Positions 26,548 to 37,700 of a DNA stretch of 64,000 nucleotides are shown piece by piece (position 1 is the first letter of the stretch; each line of letters opens with the position of its first letter). The DNA comes from Lama glama (lineage: Eukaryota), in the NCBI GenBank assembly GCA_028534125.1, contig CM052850.1, positions 1,364,001-1,428,000 on the forward strand, in the 5' to 3' direction. Under the pieces are notes generated by a model. It did no database searches and had not been told where the DNA came from. It saw only the letters and a program-made list of their open reading frames with translations. The translations under genes were made by a program, and so were the position numbers.

Positions 26548-27343
26548 TTTTTTATGGCTGAGTAGTATGCCATTGTATAAATATATTACATCTTTTTTTT
26601 TATCCCTTCCCACCCTCCACCCCCTTGGCAACCACAGGTTTGTATTCTGTCTATGAGTCTATTTCTGTCCTGTATTTATGCTTTGTTTGTGTGGTTTTTT
26701 TTTAGATTCCACATATGAGCGATCTCATATGGCATTTTTCTTTCTCTTTCTGGCTTACTTCACTTAGAATGACATTCTCCAGGGACATCCATGTTGCTGC
26801 AAATGGNNNNNNNNNNNNNNNNNNNNNNNNNNNNNNNNNNNNNNNNNNNNNNNNNNNNNNNNNNNNNNNNNNNNNNNNNNNNNNNNNNNNNNNNNNNNNN
26901 NNNNNNNNNNNNNNNNNNNNNNNNNNNNNNNNNNNNNNNNACATTGGGGTGCAGGTGTCATCCTGAAGTAGAGTTCCTTCTGGATATAAGCCCAGGAGTG
27001 GGATTCCTGGGTTATACAGTAAGCTTATTCCTAGTCTTTTGAGGACTCTCCATACTGTTTTCCACAGTGGCTGCACCAAACTGCATTCCCACCAGCAGTG
27101 AAGGAGGGTTCCCTTTTCTCCACATCCACTCCAGCATTTATCACAAGTTTATATTGTATAGCACAGGGAAATATATTCAATATCTTGTAGTAGCTCACAG
27201 TGAAAAAGAATATGGAAACGAATATATGTATGTTCATGTATGACCGGGGCATTGTGCTGTGCACCGGAAATTGACACAATATTGTACACTGATTATACCT
27301 CAATAAAAAAAAATTAAAGAAAAGATTCAAACAGAAAAAAAAA
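26548..27343. mobile_element. Young L1 with 5' inversion (twin priming) and an extra 5' L1 piece
   Basis: Antisense L1 about 26601-27141 (VQPLWKTVW...ENVILSEVSQKEKEK) joined to a sense L1 3' end about 27143-27343 with A-tail; TSD aagaggcagcaca (26535-26547) / aagaggcaacata (27344-27356). Confidence 0.92.
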
Positions 27344-27800
27344 AAGAGGCAACATATATTTTTCAGGGGATTTTGTTTCATTCCCCCAGGGTGAGCAAGG
27401 CTCACCTGTAACTTCCCAACGCCCATAGCTCTTCCTCTTCCTCACCCTTGTCCCCCGGCACACCTGGCAGTTCTAGCAGCCGAAGGCCGCTTGGGCTCCG
27501 GCGTGTTTTCTTCTCGAGGAAGGGCGCAGTGGACAAGGAGGGGGCACAGAGGTCACTGCTCTGTGTCAGCTCTGTGCCTGGTGGCTTTACAGATTCATTT
27601 CTTTTAACCCTTATTCTCAGCCTACCTGTAAGGTAGATAATCTCATCCCCACGTTAATGAAGCAGAAATGGAAGTTCAGGAAAGGTCAGACCAACCGTCC
27701 AAGACAGATACGTCTGTGTGATGTCCAGACATTTTAGTACATCCCAGAACGGCGCCCGGAGCCCAGGTCTGTCTGAATCCCAAAGTCAGGTACTTCAGCC

Positions 27801-27834
27801 GTGTGTGTGTGTGTGTGTGTGTGTTTGTGTGTGT
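27801..27834. repeat. (GT)n microsatellite with one interruption
   Basis: Read directly. Confidence 0.95.
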
Positions 27835-28074
27835 CCACGAGTGTGGTGGGATGTGCTAGCAGAGGATGCACTGAGTGGTGTGAATCATCCCAGTTTCTTT
27901 TTCTCCTACCTTGAGTCTCGGTCCTGAAGAGCACCTCGCTGTCCTGGTTCAGATCAGGGTACAGCCATGTGCCGTGGACAGATGACGCATTAAGGAGTGA
28001 GGCACCTGGCTGTCTCCCCAGAGGACTTCTGCTCGCTCTCACATGACCTGGTGGGACCAGCGCCAGAATGTCCA

Positions 28075-28530
28075 AGTTCTAACCCCAGCTCTTCCGTGTG
28101 CTAGCTGTGTTATCTTGGGCAAGTTACTTAAACTGTCTGTTTCCTCTTCTGTAAAGGGGATGGTAATGAGAATACTGTCCTCATTCCTGGCACAGTCAGG
28201 TCATAGAGACAGAAGGTAGAATGGTGTTTGCCAAGGGCTGGAGGAAGGAGGGGAATGGAGAGTTGCTGTTTAATGGATATCGGGTTTCAATTTGGGATGA
28301 TGAAAAAGTTCTGGAGATGGATGGTGGTGATGGTTGCACAGCGATGTGAATGTGCTAAGTACCACTAAACTGAACACTTAGAAGTGGTTACATTGATAAG
28401 TATTATGTTATGTATATTTTATCACAGTAAAACAAAAGGTACCTGCCTCAAAGGATGTGGAGGAGACTTGAGTGAGCCCGTGCGCGTTAAGCACTGAGAA
28501 CAGAGCCTGTAGGAAATGCTCCATAAACAG
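28075..28530 (+). mobile_element. MIR SINE split by an L1MB
   Basis: ctagctgtgttatcttgggcaagttacttaa before and acctgcctcaaaggatgtggaggag after the L1. Confidence 0.75.
28195..28435 (+). mobile_element. L1MB-like 3' end
   Basis: catagagacagaaggtagaatggtg...gatgaaaaagttctggagatggatggtggtgatggttgcac...tatgttatgtatattttatcac. Confidence 0.9.
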
Positions 28531-29824
28531 AAGCTCTTACACGCTTCACCAGGGAGGCCTGAGGGGCCAAGGGCGGAGCCTTGGCGTGCACTCCTGTCAC
28601 CTGGCTGGGGGTTGCCGTGGGAGGAGGTCTCACAGCCGGTGTCCGGAGCAGCTCGTGGTTCGGCAGCTGTCAGGTCAGGGGCTGGTGACTGTGCATTTTA
28701 ATGGAAGCGTCCCCGCTGCCCGGGCCGAGCACCAGGGTTATAAATGGAAGGCTGCTGGCTAAACTGCCCCATTTTGCACAGACTCACGCCATGGGTCACA
28801 GGCTCTGACGTGAGGCTGGGTTTGGTGGTTAAGCTAGAACAAAAGAATTATGAACCCAGGCAGGAAAACGTCCAATTAAATGGCATCAACACAGTATGTC
28901 CGAGAAGAGAATGGTGTTTTAATGTTTTCACTGGCCTTGCCCACCAACATTTATGGAGCGTCCACAGGGAAGGGGAGAATGCCAAGTGCTCAGAGTCCAG
29001 ATTGGAGAGCAGCAGGCGGCTGGCAGTGAATCAGAGGCGGGAAGGCAGCTCACCCCGCCCACGCCCTGTGTCGTGCTGAATCTGGGGACAGGAGTCCCTT
29101 CAGACTTCCTGCCTGTAATTCTCCCCAAACGCCCTAACTCATTCCAGACCAGTGACGTTCATTGTGCGGTTCCAGAGGCCTCTGGTTGCTCAGGAAGGAG
29201 CGGACATCCCAGTCTGGGGCAGGAGCAGTCAGGAGACAAGGCTTCCCTGTCCTTGGCCCTGCTCTCCGGAGACCCTTCCTGGTCCACTGTGGCCACGAAG
29301 GTCCTCCAGTCTGCCCCAGGGGACCCTGCCCCTGCAGGGCAGCTCAGGGACCTAAGACGTACCTGTCTGCTGCCTCCCAAGCTCTCTGTGGTGGAAGACC
29401 AGGCTTCTGGTTCGTTTTGTTTTAATTTCCAGCCCATCATGAGTGCATGCACTTATAAAATACAGTAAAGACTAATTACTAAATTCATCTGATAAGGACA
29501 TGAAGCAATAAATTACAAAAATGAAACAAGAAGCAGAGTATAAAATACAAGGCCACTTTTGAAACTATGATGTCCAGCAGGTGTGAATTATGTAGTCAAA
29601 TTGCTGTAAAAGGTTCTGGATGCTTCCTCTCCATTTTTGTGCTTATTATGCGTGTCACAGACCAGTAACAAAACGGTGCTGCCCGGGCACTGGCTGGGGG
29701 CCCCCATTTCATCTCCCAATGCTGCAGACTACCGGTCCCCGGGTACAGGAGAAAGTACTGGCATCTCTGCCTATATTCTACCGTGTTCTCTCTCTCTCTC
29801 TCTCTTTTTTCTTCTGTTTGAATT

Positions 29825-31030
29825 TCTTTTTTTAAAAACCTGAGATATAATTATCCTACAACACTATGTTAGTTTCAGGTACACAGCCTAGTAATTCGGT
29901 ATTTCTATATGTTACATTTTTTTTTTGGCAGAGGGTGGGTGGAGGTAATTAGGTCAATTTATTTATTTTAGAGGAGGTACTGGGGATTGAACCTAGGTCC
30001 TTGTGCATGCTAAGCATGCGCTGTACCACTTGAGCTATACCCCCCCTTCTATATGTTACAAAATGATCACCACCATGAGTCTAGTTACCATCTGTCACTG
30101 TACAAAGTTATGACAGTGTTATGACTATATTCCCCATGCTGTACATTTCACCCCCGACTTATTTATTTTGTGATGAGAAGTTTGTACCTCTTAATCCCCT
30201 TCACCTGTTTCACTCATTCCATTCCCCCCTTTCCCCTCTGGCAAGCACCTGTTTGTTTTCTGTGTCTCTAAGTCTGTTTCTGTTTAGTTATGTTTGTTCA
30301 TTTGTTTTTGCTTTTTAGATTCCACATATAAGTGAAATCATGCAGTATTTGTCTTTCTTTCTCTGGAGTATTTCTCTTAGCATAATATCCTTGAGTTCCA
30401 TCCATGTTGTTGGAAATATCAAGATTCCATCCTTTTCATGGCTGAGTAATTTTCCATTGTATATATGCCACATCTTCTTTATTCATTCATATATGGATGG
30501 ACACTTCAGCTGCTTCTGTATCTTTGCTATTGTAAATAGTGCTGCAATGAACATAGTGCATCTGTCTTCTTGAATCAGTGTTTCCATTTTCTNNNNNNNN
30601 NNNNNNNNNNNNNNNNNNNNNNNNNNNNNNNNNNNNNNNNNNNNNNNNNNNNNNNNNNNNNNNNNNNNNNNNNNNNNNNNNNNNNNNNNNNNNNNNNNNN
30701 NNNNNNNNNNNNNNNNNNNNNNNNNNNNNNNNNNNNNNNNNNNNNNNNNNNNNNNNNNNNTTTGAGAACAGCTCTTCTGACAGGTGTGAGGTGAAATCTC
30801 ACTGTGGTTTTGAACTGCATTTCACTGATGGTTAGTGCTGTTGGGCATCTTTTCCTGTGTCTGTTGGCCATCTTGATGTCTTCTTTCGAGAGATGTCTGT
30901 TCAGGTCCTCTGCCCAGTTTTCAATCAGGTTTTCCTTTTGGTGTTGAGTTCTTTGTATATTTTGAATATTAACTCCTTATCAGTTATATCATTTACGCAT
31001 ATCTTCTCCCGTTTAGTAGGCAGCCTTTTC
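29825..31030 (-). mobile_element. L1 (L1MA9/10-like) 3' region, interrupted by a SINE
   Basis: Antisense 3' UTR plus ORF2 remnant [32 protein letters not shown]. Confidence 0.9.
29917..30046 (-). mobile_element. tRNA-Ala-derived SINE (Vic-1-like) with perfect 14-bp TSD
   Basis: TSD ttctatatgttaca at 29903-29916 and 30047-30060; reverse complement of ggggtatagctcaagtggtacagcgcatgcttagcatgcacaagg. Confidence 0.93.
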
Positions 31031-31701
31031 TATCACATCCTCTTTTAATTTTAATTTTTGTGTATATTTTAAAGATACAGTAGTAAAGATACATGTATAA
31101 TTTACTTCCTTATAACATATTGTAATATAATACAACATATACATATTAATACATATTACATATGATGAGTTGTGCTTAAAATATTTTTTATGAGTTATGT
31201 GATCAAAAATACTTGAAGTCTACTGCCCTTTTTGAGACATCTCTTTTCTTGCATTGACCTCCCATTATTTAAGATTTCAAATATTTAGGCCTGTCTTAAA
31301 GTTATGATTAAACCATAAATTCTTTGAGGGCAGGGGCTACACCTTATTTAGGCTTATTTATTCAGCTGAGAAAAGCATGGTTGTGCTGTGCTAGAACATT
31401 GGACTATAACTATGACTAGAACTGATCTCCATTGTCTAAAGAGCACATGGCTAAGATGAGGACAGAGAATTGCAAACGAGTAATTTCATCACATGGTGTA
31501 TGTAACATGTGCAATCAAGCCAGCACGTGTAAGTAACAAACCTGAGGCATAAAGAGTGGTTAACTCTGTTAGGAGTGGTTCTCAGATACCACCCAGAGGA
31601 GCTGACCCTGAGAAGGTGCTGAGGGAGAACCATGGTTTGTGTGGATGACAGGAGGAGGCAGGGAATTTGGGCTAATGTTAGCACTAAAAAAAGCCATAAA
31701 G

Positions 31702-32358
31702 ATCTTCACGCCCGTTAGGATGACTAATATTAAAAAGAGAAAATAACAAGTGTTGTTGAGGATGAGGAGAAATAGGAACCTTTGTGCACTGTTGGTGGGA
31801 GTATAAAATGGTGCGGCTGCTGTGGAAAACGGTAGGGTGGTCCCTCAGAAATTGAACATGGAATTACCATCTGATCCAGCAAGTCCACCTCCGGGCATAT
31901 ACCCAAAGGGATTAAAAGCAGGAGCTCAAATAGATATTTGTACCGATGGATGAATGGGTAAACAAAATGGGGTGTATGCGTACATACAGCGGAACACTGT
32001 GCAGCCTTGAAAAGGGCATCCTGACACATGCCACAACAAGGGTCAACGCTGAAGACGTGCCGGGTAAACCAAGCCAGCCCCGAAAGGACACATATTGCGT
32101 GGCTCCACTAACACGAGGTACCCAGAGCAGTCGGAACTACACGCAGAGAGTGGATGGGTGGCTGCCAGGGGCTGCGGGCAGAGGGCATGGGGAGTCCGTG
32201 CTGAACAGGCATAGAGCTTCAGTTGGGGAAGACAAAAATGTTCTGGAGGTGGATGAAGGTGATGGTTGCACAACGATGTGAAGGTGCTTAATGCCACTGA
32301 ACTTAAGAACGGTTAAAATGGTAAATCTTACGTTATATGACATTATACCACAGTTGTC
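31702..32358 (+). mobile_element. L1MB-like 3' fragment
   Basis: ataacaagtgttgttgaggatg...ggtgggagtataaaatggtg; probable TSD aaaaaaagccataaag (31686-31701) / aaaaaacggcataaag (32359-32374). Confidence 0.9.
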
Positions 32359-32559
32359 AAAAAACGGCATAAAGTTACAAATGACACGGCGTATTCAGAG
32401 CATGGCATTTCCTGCACTTCACTGTGGCTAGACCCTAGTGGACCTGGCTGGACCACCTAGGAGAGGTGGGAGGTGAGCTTCCTCCATCCTCCATCCCTCT
32501 CTAGCTACTCACTCCTTTTCCTTTACCTGGGCTGCCAGGTTTTATGATAGTCAAAGCTC

Positions 32560-33115
32560 TTTGTAGACATTTCACCTTCACCCCTATCTAGACTCAGTCA
32601 GGACTGGGTGTGGCCCCTCCATCTTCCTGAATGGCTCACAGTGGCCTCTTGGTGCCAAATCCCATGGACTCTTCAGTCTTCTCAACACCACGGATCACAC
32701 GCTTCTCCTTGAAACTCTCCTCTCCTGAGATCTCTTTGGGGGTCCCTCTCCTGGTTTTATCCCACTTTCTCAGTTTCCTGGCAGGCATCTCTTTCTCCAC
32801 TTGTGTCTTCATGAGGTTGTTGCCCCAGGGTTCCATCTTGGGTTCTCGTCTCACCTTCTGGAGCCTCCTCTTGCTGGTTCTCATTCCCTCCTATTATTGC
32901 TTACATTTCTCTGACTTCCAAATTGATGTCTCTATTCCGGATCTCCCATCTTAGCTTAAGATCTGTGCATCCATCTGCCTCGAATGTCTCTCCATCAGCT
33001 CACACTCAGTGTATCAAGGCCCCACCATTTATCCCTGATCCCACCACAGACCCTCCCCTCTCTCACCTCTAACATCTGTTCTCCTATCCCCTATCTGTTC
33101 AATTCTATCTCCTGG
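32560..33115 (+). mobile_element. L2 fragment
   Basis: gccaaatcccatggactcttcagtc...cttctccttgaaactctc...ccccagggttccatcttgg...tgacttccaaatt. Confidence 0.75.
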
Positions 33116-33279
33116 CCATGTGTAAAGTGCATTTTGTTTCAATGTTAATAATGATGCTTCTTTTTACAAGGCTACTGTTTGGGGCCATTGTGTGCCCTTT
33201 GAAGGAGAAGGTTTAATGGTCTCGGAATCTCCAAGCCAGCAGAGTGCTTGGCTTGCTACACGGTACCAAGACGAATGAA

Positions 33280-33455
33280 TAATAATAATGGTGATGTCTA
33301 ATGCGTCTATGGTCCTTAGCGTGTGCCAAGCACTGTTCTAGTCACTTCACGTGCATGTAATGACTCACTTAATTCTAACAGTAACCTGTAAGATAGATAC
33401 CATTATTCCACTTACCTCTGAAAAACTGAGGCACAGAGAGCTCAAGGTCTGCGGC
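33280..33455 (-). mobile_element. MIR SINE
   Basis: gtgccaagcactgttcta...aaaactgaggcacagagag. Confidence 0.85.
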
Positions 33456-35959
33456 CTATGGACGTTCGACATTGAATGAATGAATGAAAACAGGCATGGG
33501 AGAATAAATGAATGGGGCCAGCAGGATGGGTTGGGGCATGTAATAAGTTGTGCCATGTGTATAGTTAGTAGATTGGGAAATATTTCTTGGGTTTCTTTCT
33601 AAGGAGACACTAATTGTTTGGGCAGTTGTAATTTGACCCATGATGTAGTGACGCATCAGAGAGCATGGGCATTTGATGTATGTGATCAAAAGAAATCAGA
33701 GGATAAAGCATCCTTGATGAAGAGGGAAAGGAAGGTGGCTGATCCAAGGTGTTGTGTCAGTGGAGGTGTGAGGCAGGGGCAGGGTGATGTGAGTCTGTGC
33801 CTGCAGGGTGATGCTGCCATCCTGCCTCGTCCAGTCCTCGCTACACAAACATCGTGACCAGTGTCCCCCAGGGAGCGGCCTCCCTGGGTTTTAAATAGGA
33901 CAGGGTCCTGGATATTTACTGGGGGCTGCTGGCCACCTGCCTTTGTCCCTTATTTTAAAAACTCATCCTTGATACCCACATCTTCTCTATCACATTAAAG
34001 CCTGGTTACTCCAAACTATTGGTTGCACATTTCCTAACCTAGAAAAACAATGCTGTCTGGACCCACCGCCTGTCTTCCTCAGTTCTTCACCTTCCCTGAG
34101 CTTCCTGTCTGTTTCCACAGGACTCTGTGCTACAGTGCTGTGGTTCTGTCCCACCCAGGAGAAAGAAAAGCAATGAACAGTGTCCCCCTCACCCCTTCAC
34201 TGTCCCCTGCAACCAAATAAACGTTGGCACCTCCATTTTTCCTGATATTCATATTTTCTTCCTTTTTCCCAGCTAAAAATAAACCCACGAATAGACTGCC
34301 CACACTTATTCGTAGACTCTCAGAACTGTAAGGAATCTTCAAGACCTGCTTGTCCAACCTCTTCATTTTAAAAGTGAGCGAACGGAACTCCAGAGAAGGC
34401 TGAGGATCCCAGTCGCGGGGCCGGATGAAAACCTGTCAGATTCTGGGGGACACAGGCGGTGGGCTCACTCTCCCTAAGTTCTTCCCTGCAGCTGCTACTC
34501 GTACATAACAAAACTGCACTGTAAATTGATTGCAATATTTTCCTGTGATTTCTCCTTTTATTTTTCTATTTAGAGAACTATTTTCAAAAATCTGTTCGAT
34601 TTTACTTCTTCTCTGCTGGCTCGCTTCTCCACAGTGTGCTTTGACACAGAAAAATGAAGGAGGGTGTGTGGTTTTCTCTCTTCCCTTCCCTTCTGACGGT
34701 TGTGTGAGGTTGGAGGGGTCGCTCAGAGGATGCGCGAGGAAAGATAAAAGTTTGGCGTCTGCTGTCCTTGCAAGCTCTACCCCGTGTGCGCCAGTGGTGA
34801 GAGTCACCGAGGGGCGATCACTGAAGCATGATGTTATTTGTAAGTATCTGTTTCCACATCCGTCTTCCCCAACACATCGTGAGCCTTTGAAGACACAGGC
34901 TGTGTCGTCTTCTTTTCTGTGTTCCCAGCACACAGCACAGTGTCTTTAACGTAGTACATGCTCAATGAATGATTGTAGCATTGATAACTGAGTGCAGTTA
35001 TCAGCCTGGCCACTCCCTCAGGGCTTAGACCCCCTAACAGAGAAGACTACTTAGAGGAAATGGCCTTCGAGCTGAACTTTGATGGAAAGAAAAACAGCAC
35101 ATGAGAGCCGGAGGAAGAAGGTTGTTTTTATGCACATGGAACAAATCAGACAAAGGCTTGGAGCGGGAGGCTAAAATTACTAGATTGCCCATCAGGAAAT
35201 TAAACAGCCTATCCATTCATTAGAGAAAGAACAAATGACAGGCCTTGTGCATTACCAGACTGTTAATAAGCAAGAGCCAGACTTGCTCTTATAAAAAGCC
35301 AGGCTCAGTGTCATGTTGCTCAGCCCTCTCAAGCCACCCATTCTTGAAGTCTTATGATTCAGAATCACGAAGGTTGTACAGAGAACTCATGCTGGCACGA
35401 GGGGTTACGGTCCCTTTTATAACTGTCTCTGTCCTGTTTTTCAGGCTACTGGCTTATATTTGCTCAGATGATCTCATGCAGAGATCAGCAAGGTTGTGGT
35501 CGCGCCTCACCCCAAAGTGGAGGCATTATGTGCATTGGGGGGACCTCATAGTAAACTCATTGACCTTCTCCAACTGGAGGCCCTGCCTCTGAGACTTCAG
35601 TCCACTCCATTGGCCGTGTTGAAATTGTCCTGCAGGGTCAAATACATCTTCCCAAGGGAAAATATGTCTAAGATGAGGGTACAGAGATAAAAGGGTCTAA
35701 CAAACTTTTGAGAGTCTTTTGGGCATGCCAGTCTGTGCTTGACGCTTTTACATCTCATCTGTTCCTCAGAACAATGCTGAGAAAGAGGTGTGACCCCCTT
35801 TTTATGGATAATAAAATTAAGATTCAGAGAAATGAAATAATCTTGCCTGAGGTCACATAGCTAAGAGATAGAGCCAGACTCAAGTACAGGTCAAACACAG
35901 TAAGCCTGTGAGCCTTCTGACATACCATACAGACAACAGCTGTTACAAAAATATCTGAG

Positions 35960-36712
35960 GCCAACAAAAAACCCAACATTTAAAATGGACAAAGCATTTG
36001 GATAGACAGTTCTCCAAAGAAGATATGCAAATGGCCAATTAGCACATGGAATATGCCCAACATTNNNNNNNNNNNNNNNNNNNNNNNNNNNNNNNNNNNN
36101 NNNNNNNNNNNNNNNNNNNNNNNNNNNNNNNNNNNNNNNNNNNNNNNNNNNNNNNNNNNNNNNNNNNNNNNNNNNNNNNNNNNNNNNNNNNNNNNNNNNN
36201 NNNNNNNNNNNNNNNNNNNNNNNNNNNNNNNNNNNNNNNNNNNNNNNNNNNNNNNAGAAAACTAAACATAGAGTTACCATATGACCCAACAATGCCGCTC
36301 CCAAGCGACTTGAAAGCACATATTTGCATGAAACTTACACATGCATATTTACAGCAACATTACTTGTAACAGACAAAAGTAGAAATGACCCCGAATATCC
36401 ATCAACTGATAAATGTATAAATGAATGTGGTATATCTATATCATGGAATATTATTCAGCCATAAAAGAAATGAAGAACTCATATAGGCTACAACATGAAG
36501 GAACCTTGAAAACATTTTGCTAAGAAGTCAAAGAAGCCAGTCTCAAAAGGCCACACACTATTGGATCCCATTTATATAACATGTCCGAATGGGCAAATCC
36601 ACAGAGACAGAAAGTAGGTGAGTGGTTGCCAGGGGCCGGGAGACGGGAGGAACGGTGACTGCCAAGGAGTGTGGGGTTTCTTTTCCTGTGATGAAAGGGT
36701 TTTGAATTAGAT
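35960..36712 (+). mobile_element. L1MB-like 3' region lacking its extreme 3' end
   Basis: aacccaacatttaaaatggacaaagcatttggatagacagttctccaaagaagata; KLNIELPYDP remnant; acagagacagaaagtagg. Confidence 0.88.
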
Positions 36713-37185
36713 GATCTTATGGTTTTTACTCTTCTGTTTGTTAATGGGGTTAATCACATCAATTGATTTGCAGATACTGAAAAATCCTTGCATTTGTGGG
36801 ATGAATCCCGCTTGATCATGATGCATTGCATGAGCCTTTTGATGCATTGTTGGAGTCGATTTGCTGGTGTTTTGTTGAGGATTTTTGCATCTATGTTCAT
36901 AAGTGATATTGGCCTGTGATTTTCCTTTTTGTGTGATATCTTTGCCTGGTTTTGGTGTCAGGGTGATGGTGGCCAAAAGAATGAGTTTGGAAGTGTTCCT
37001 TCCTCTGCAATTTCTGGATAGTTTCAGAAGGAGAGGTGGTGACTCTCCTCTACATGTTTGGTAGGATTCGCCTGTGGAGCCACCTGGCCCTGGACGTTTG
37101 TTTTTTGGGGGGAGTTTTTAAATGACTGATTCAGTTTCAGTCCTGGTGGGTGGTCTATCCATATTTCCCATTCCTTCCTGATGCA
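36713..37185 (-). mobile_element. L1 ORF2 reverse-transcriptase-domain fragment
   Basis: ORF 36707-36976 contains [12 protein letters not shown] and [24 protein letters not shown], typical of L1 RT. Confidence 0.9.
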
Positions 37186-37569
37186 GTACCAAGAGTTAGG
37201 CTTTACCAGTAAAATGACCAACAGAATGCTTGCTGGGAGTGTCTATACATAACAGGCTTGGAAATGAGGTCCTTGATAAACAGCCAAAAAGGAAAGAATG
37301 TCCCTTTGGGCTCCAGTGTGACAAATGTCATTCAATACAAATAATAATAAAATACCTCACAGAGATTAAGGTGCGCTGAGAGCGTACAGTCAATAGGAGA
37401 CAACAGCCCCCGATCTGTATAATACGGCGGTATAATAAAGGTGAACGCAGTGCTATGATCTGCCGTCGCCCCTTTCTTGTGTTCATGCATTAAGAAGTAT
37501 TTATCGTGCATCTAGAGTGTACCAGATATTTTGCTAATGGTGTTGGCGTTTATTACATTTTTCCCTCAC

Positions 37570-37700
37570 AGATAAGCCTCCCTGTTTTACAGCTGAGAAA
37601 ACTGAGACTCACAGAGGCTGAGAAAGCTGCCCAAAGTCACACAGCCAGTGAGCGGTAGACACAGAATTTGTGCCAAGATTTGTCTGACTCCAAAGCTGGG
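37570..37700 (-). mobile_element. MIR SINE
   Basis: ttttacagctgagaaaactgagactcacagagg...cccaaagtcacacagcc. Confidence 0.85.

Noticed and set aside
29440-29700. Possible hAT/Tigger DNA-transposon remnants (also near 3596-3800, 15050-15420, 31050-31230, 45060-45290)
   Set aside because: Suggestive texture, but I cannot assign family or ends without a Dfam search
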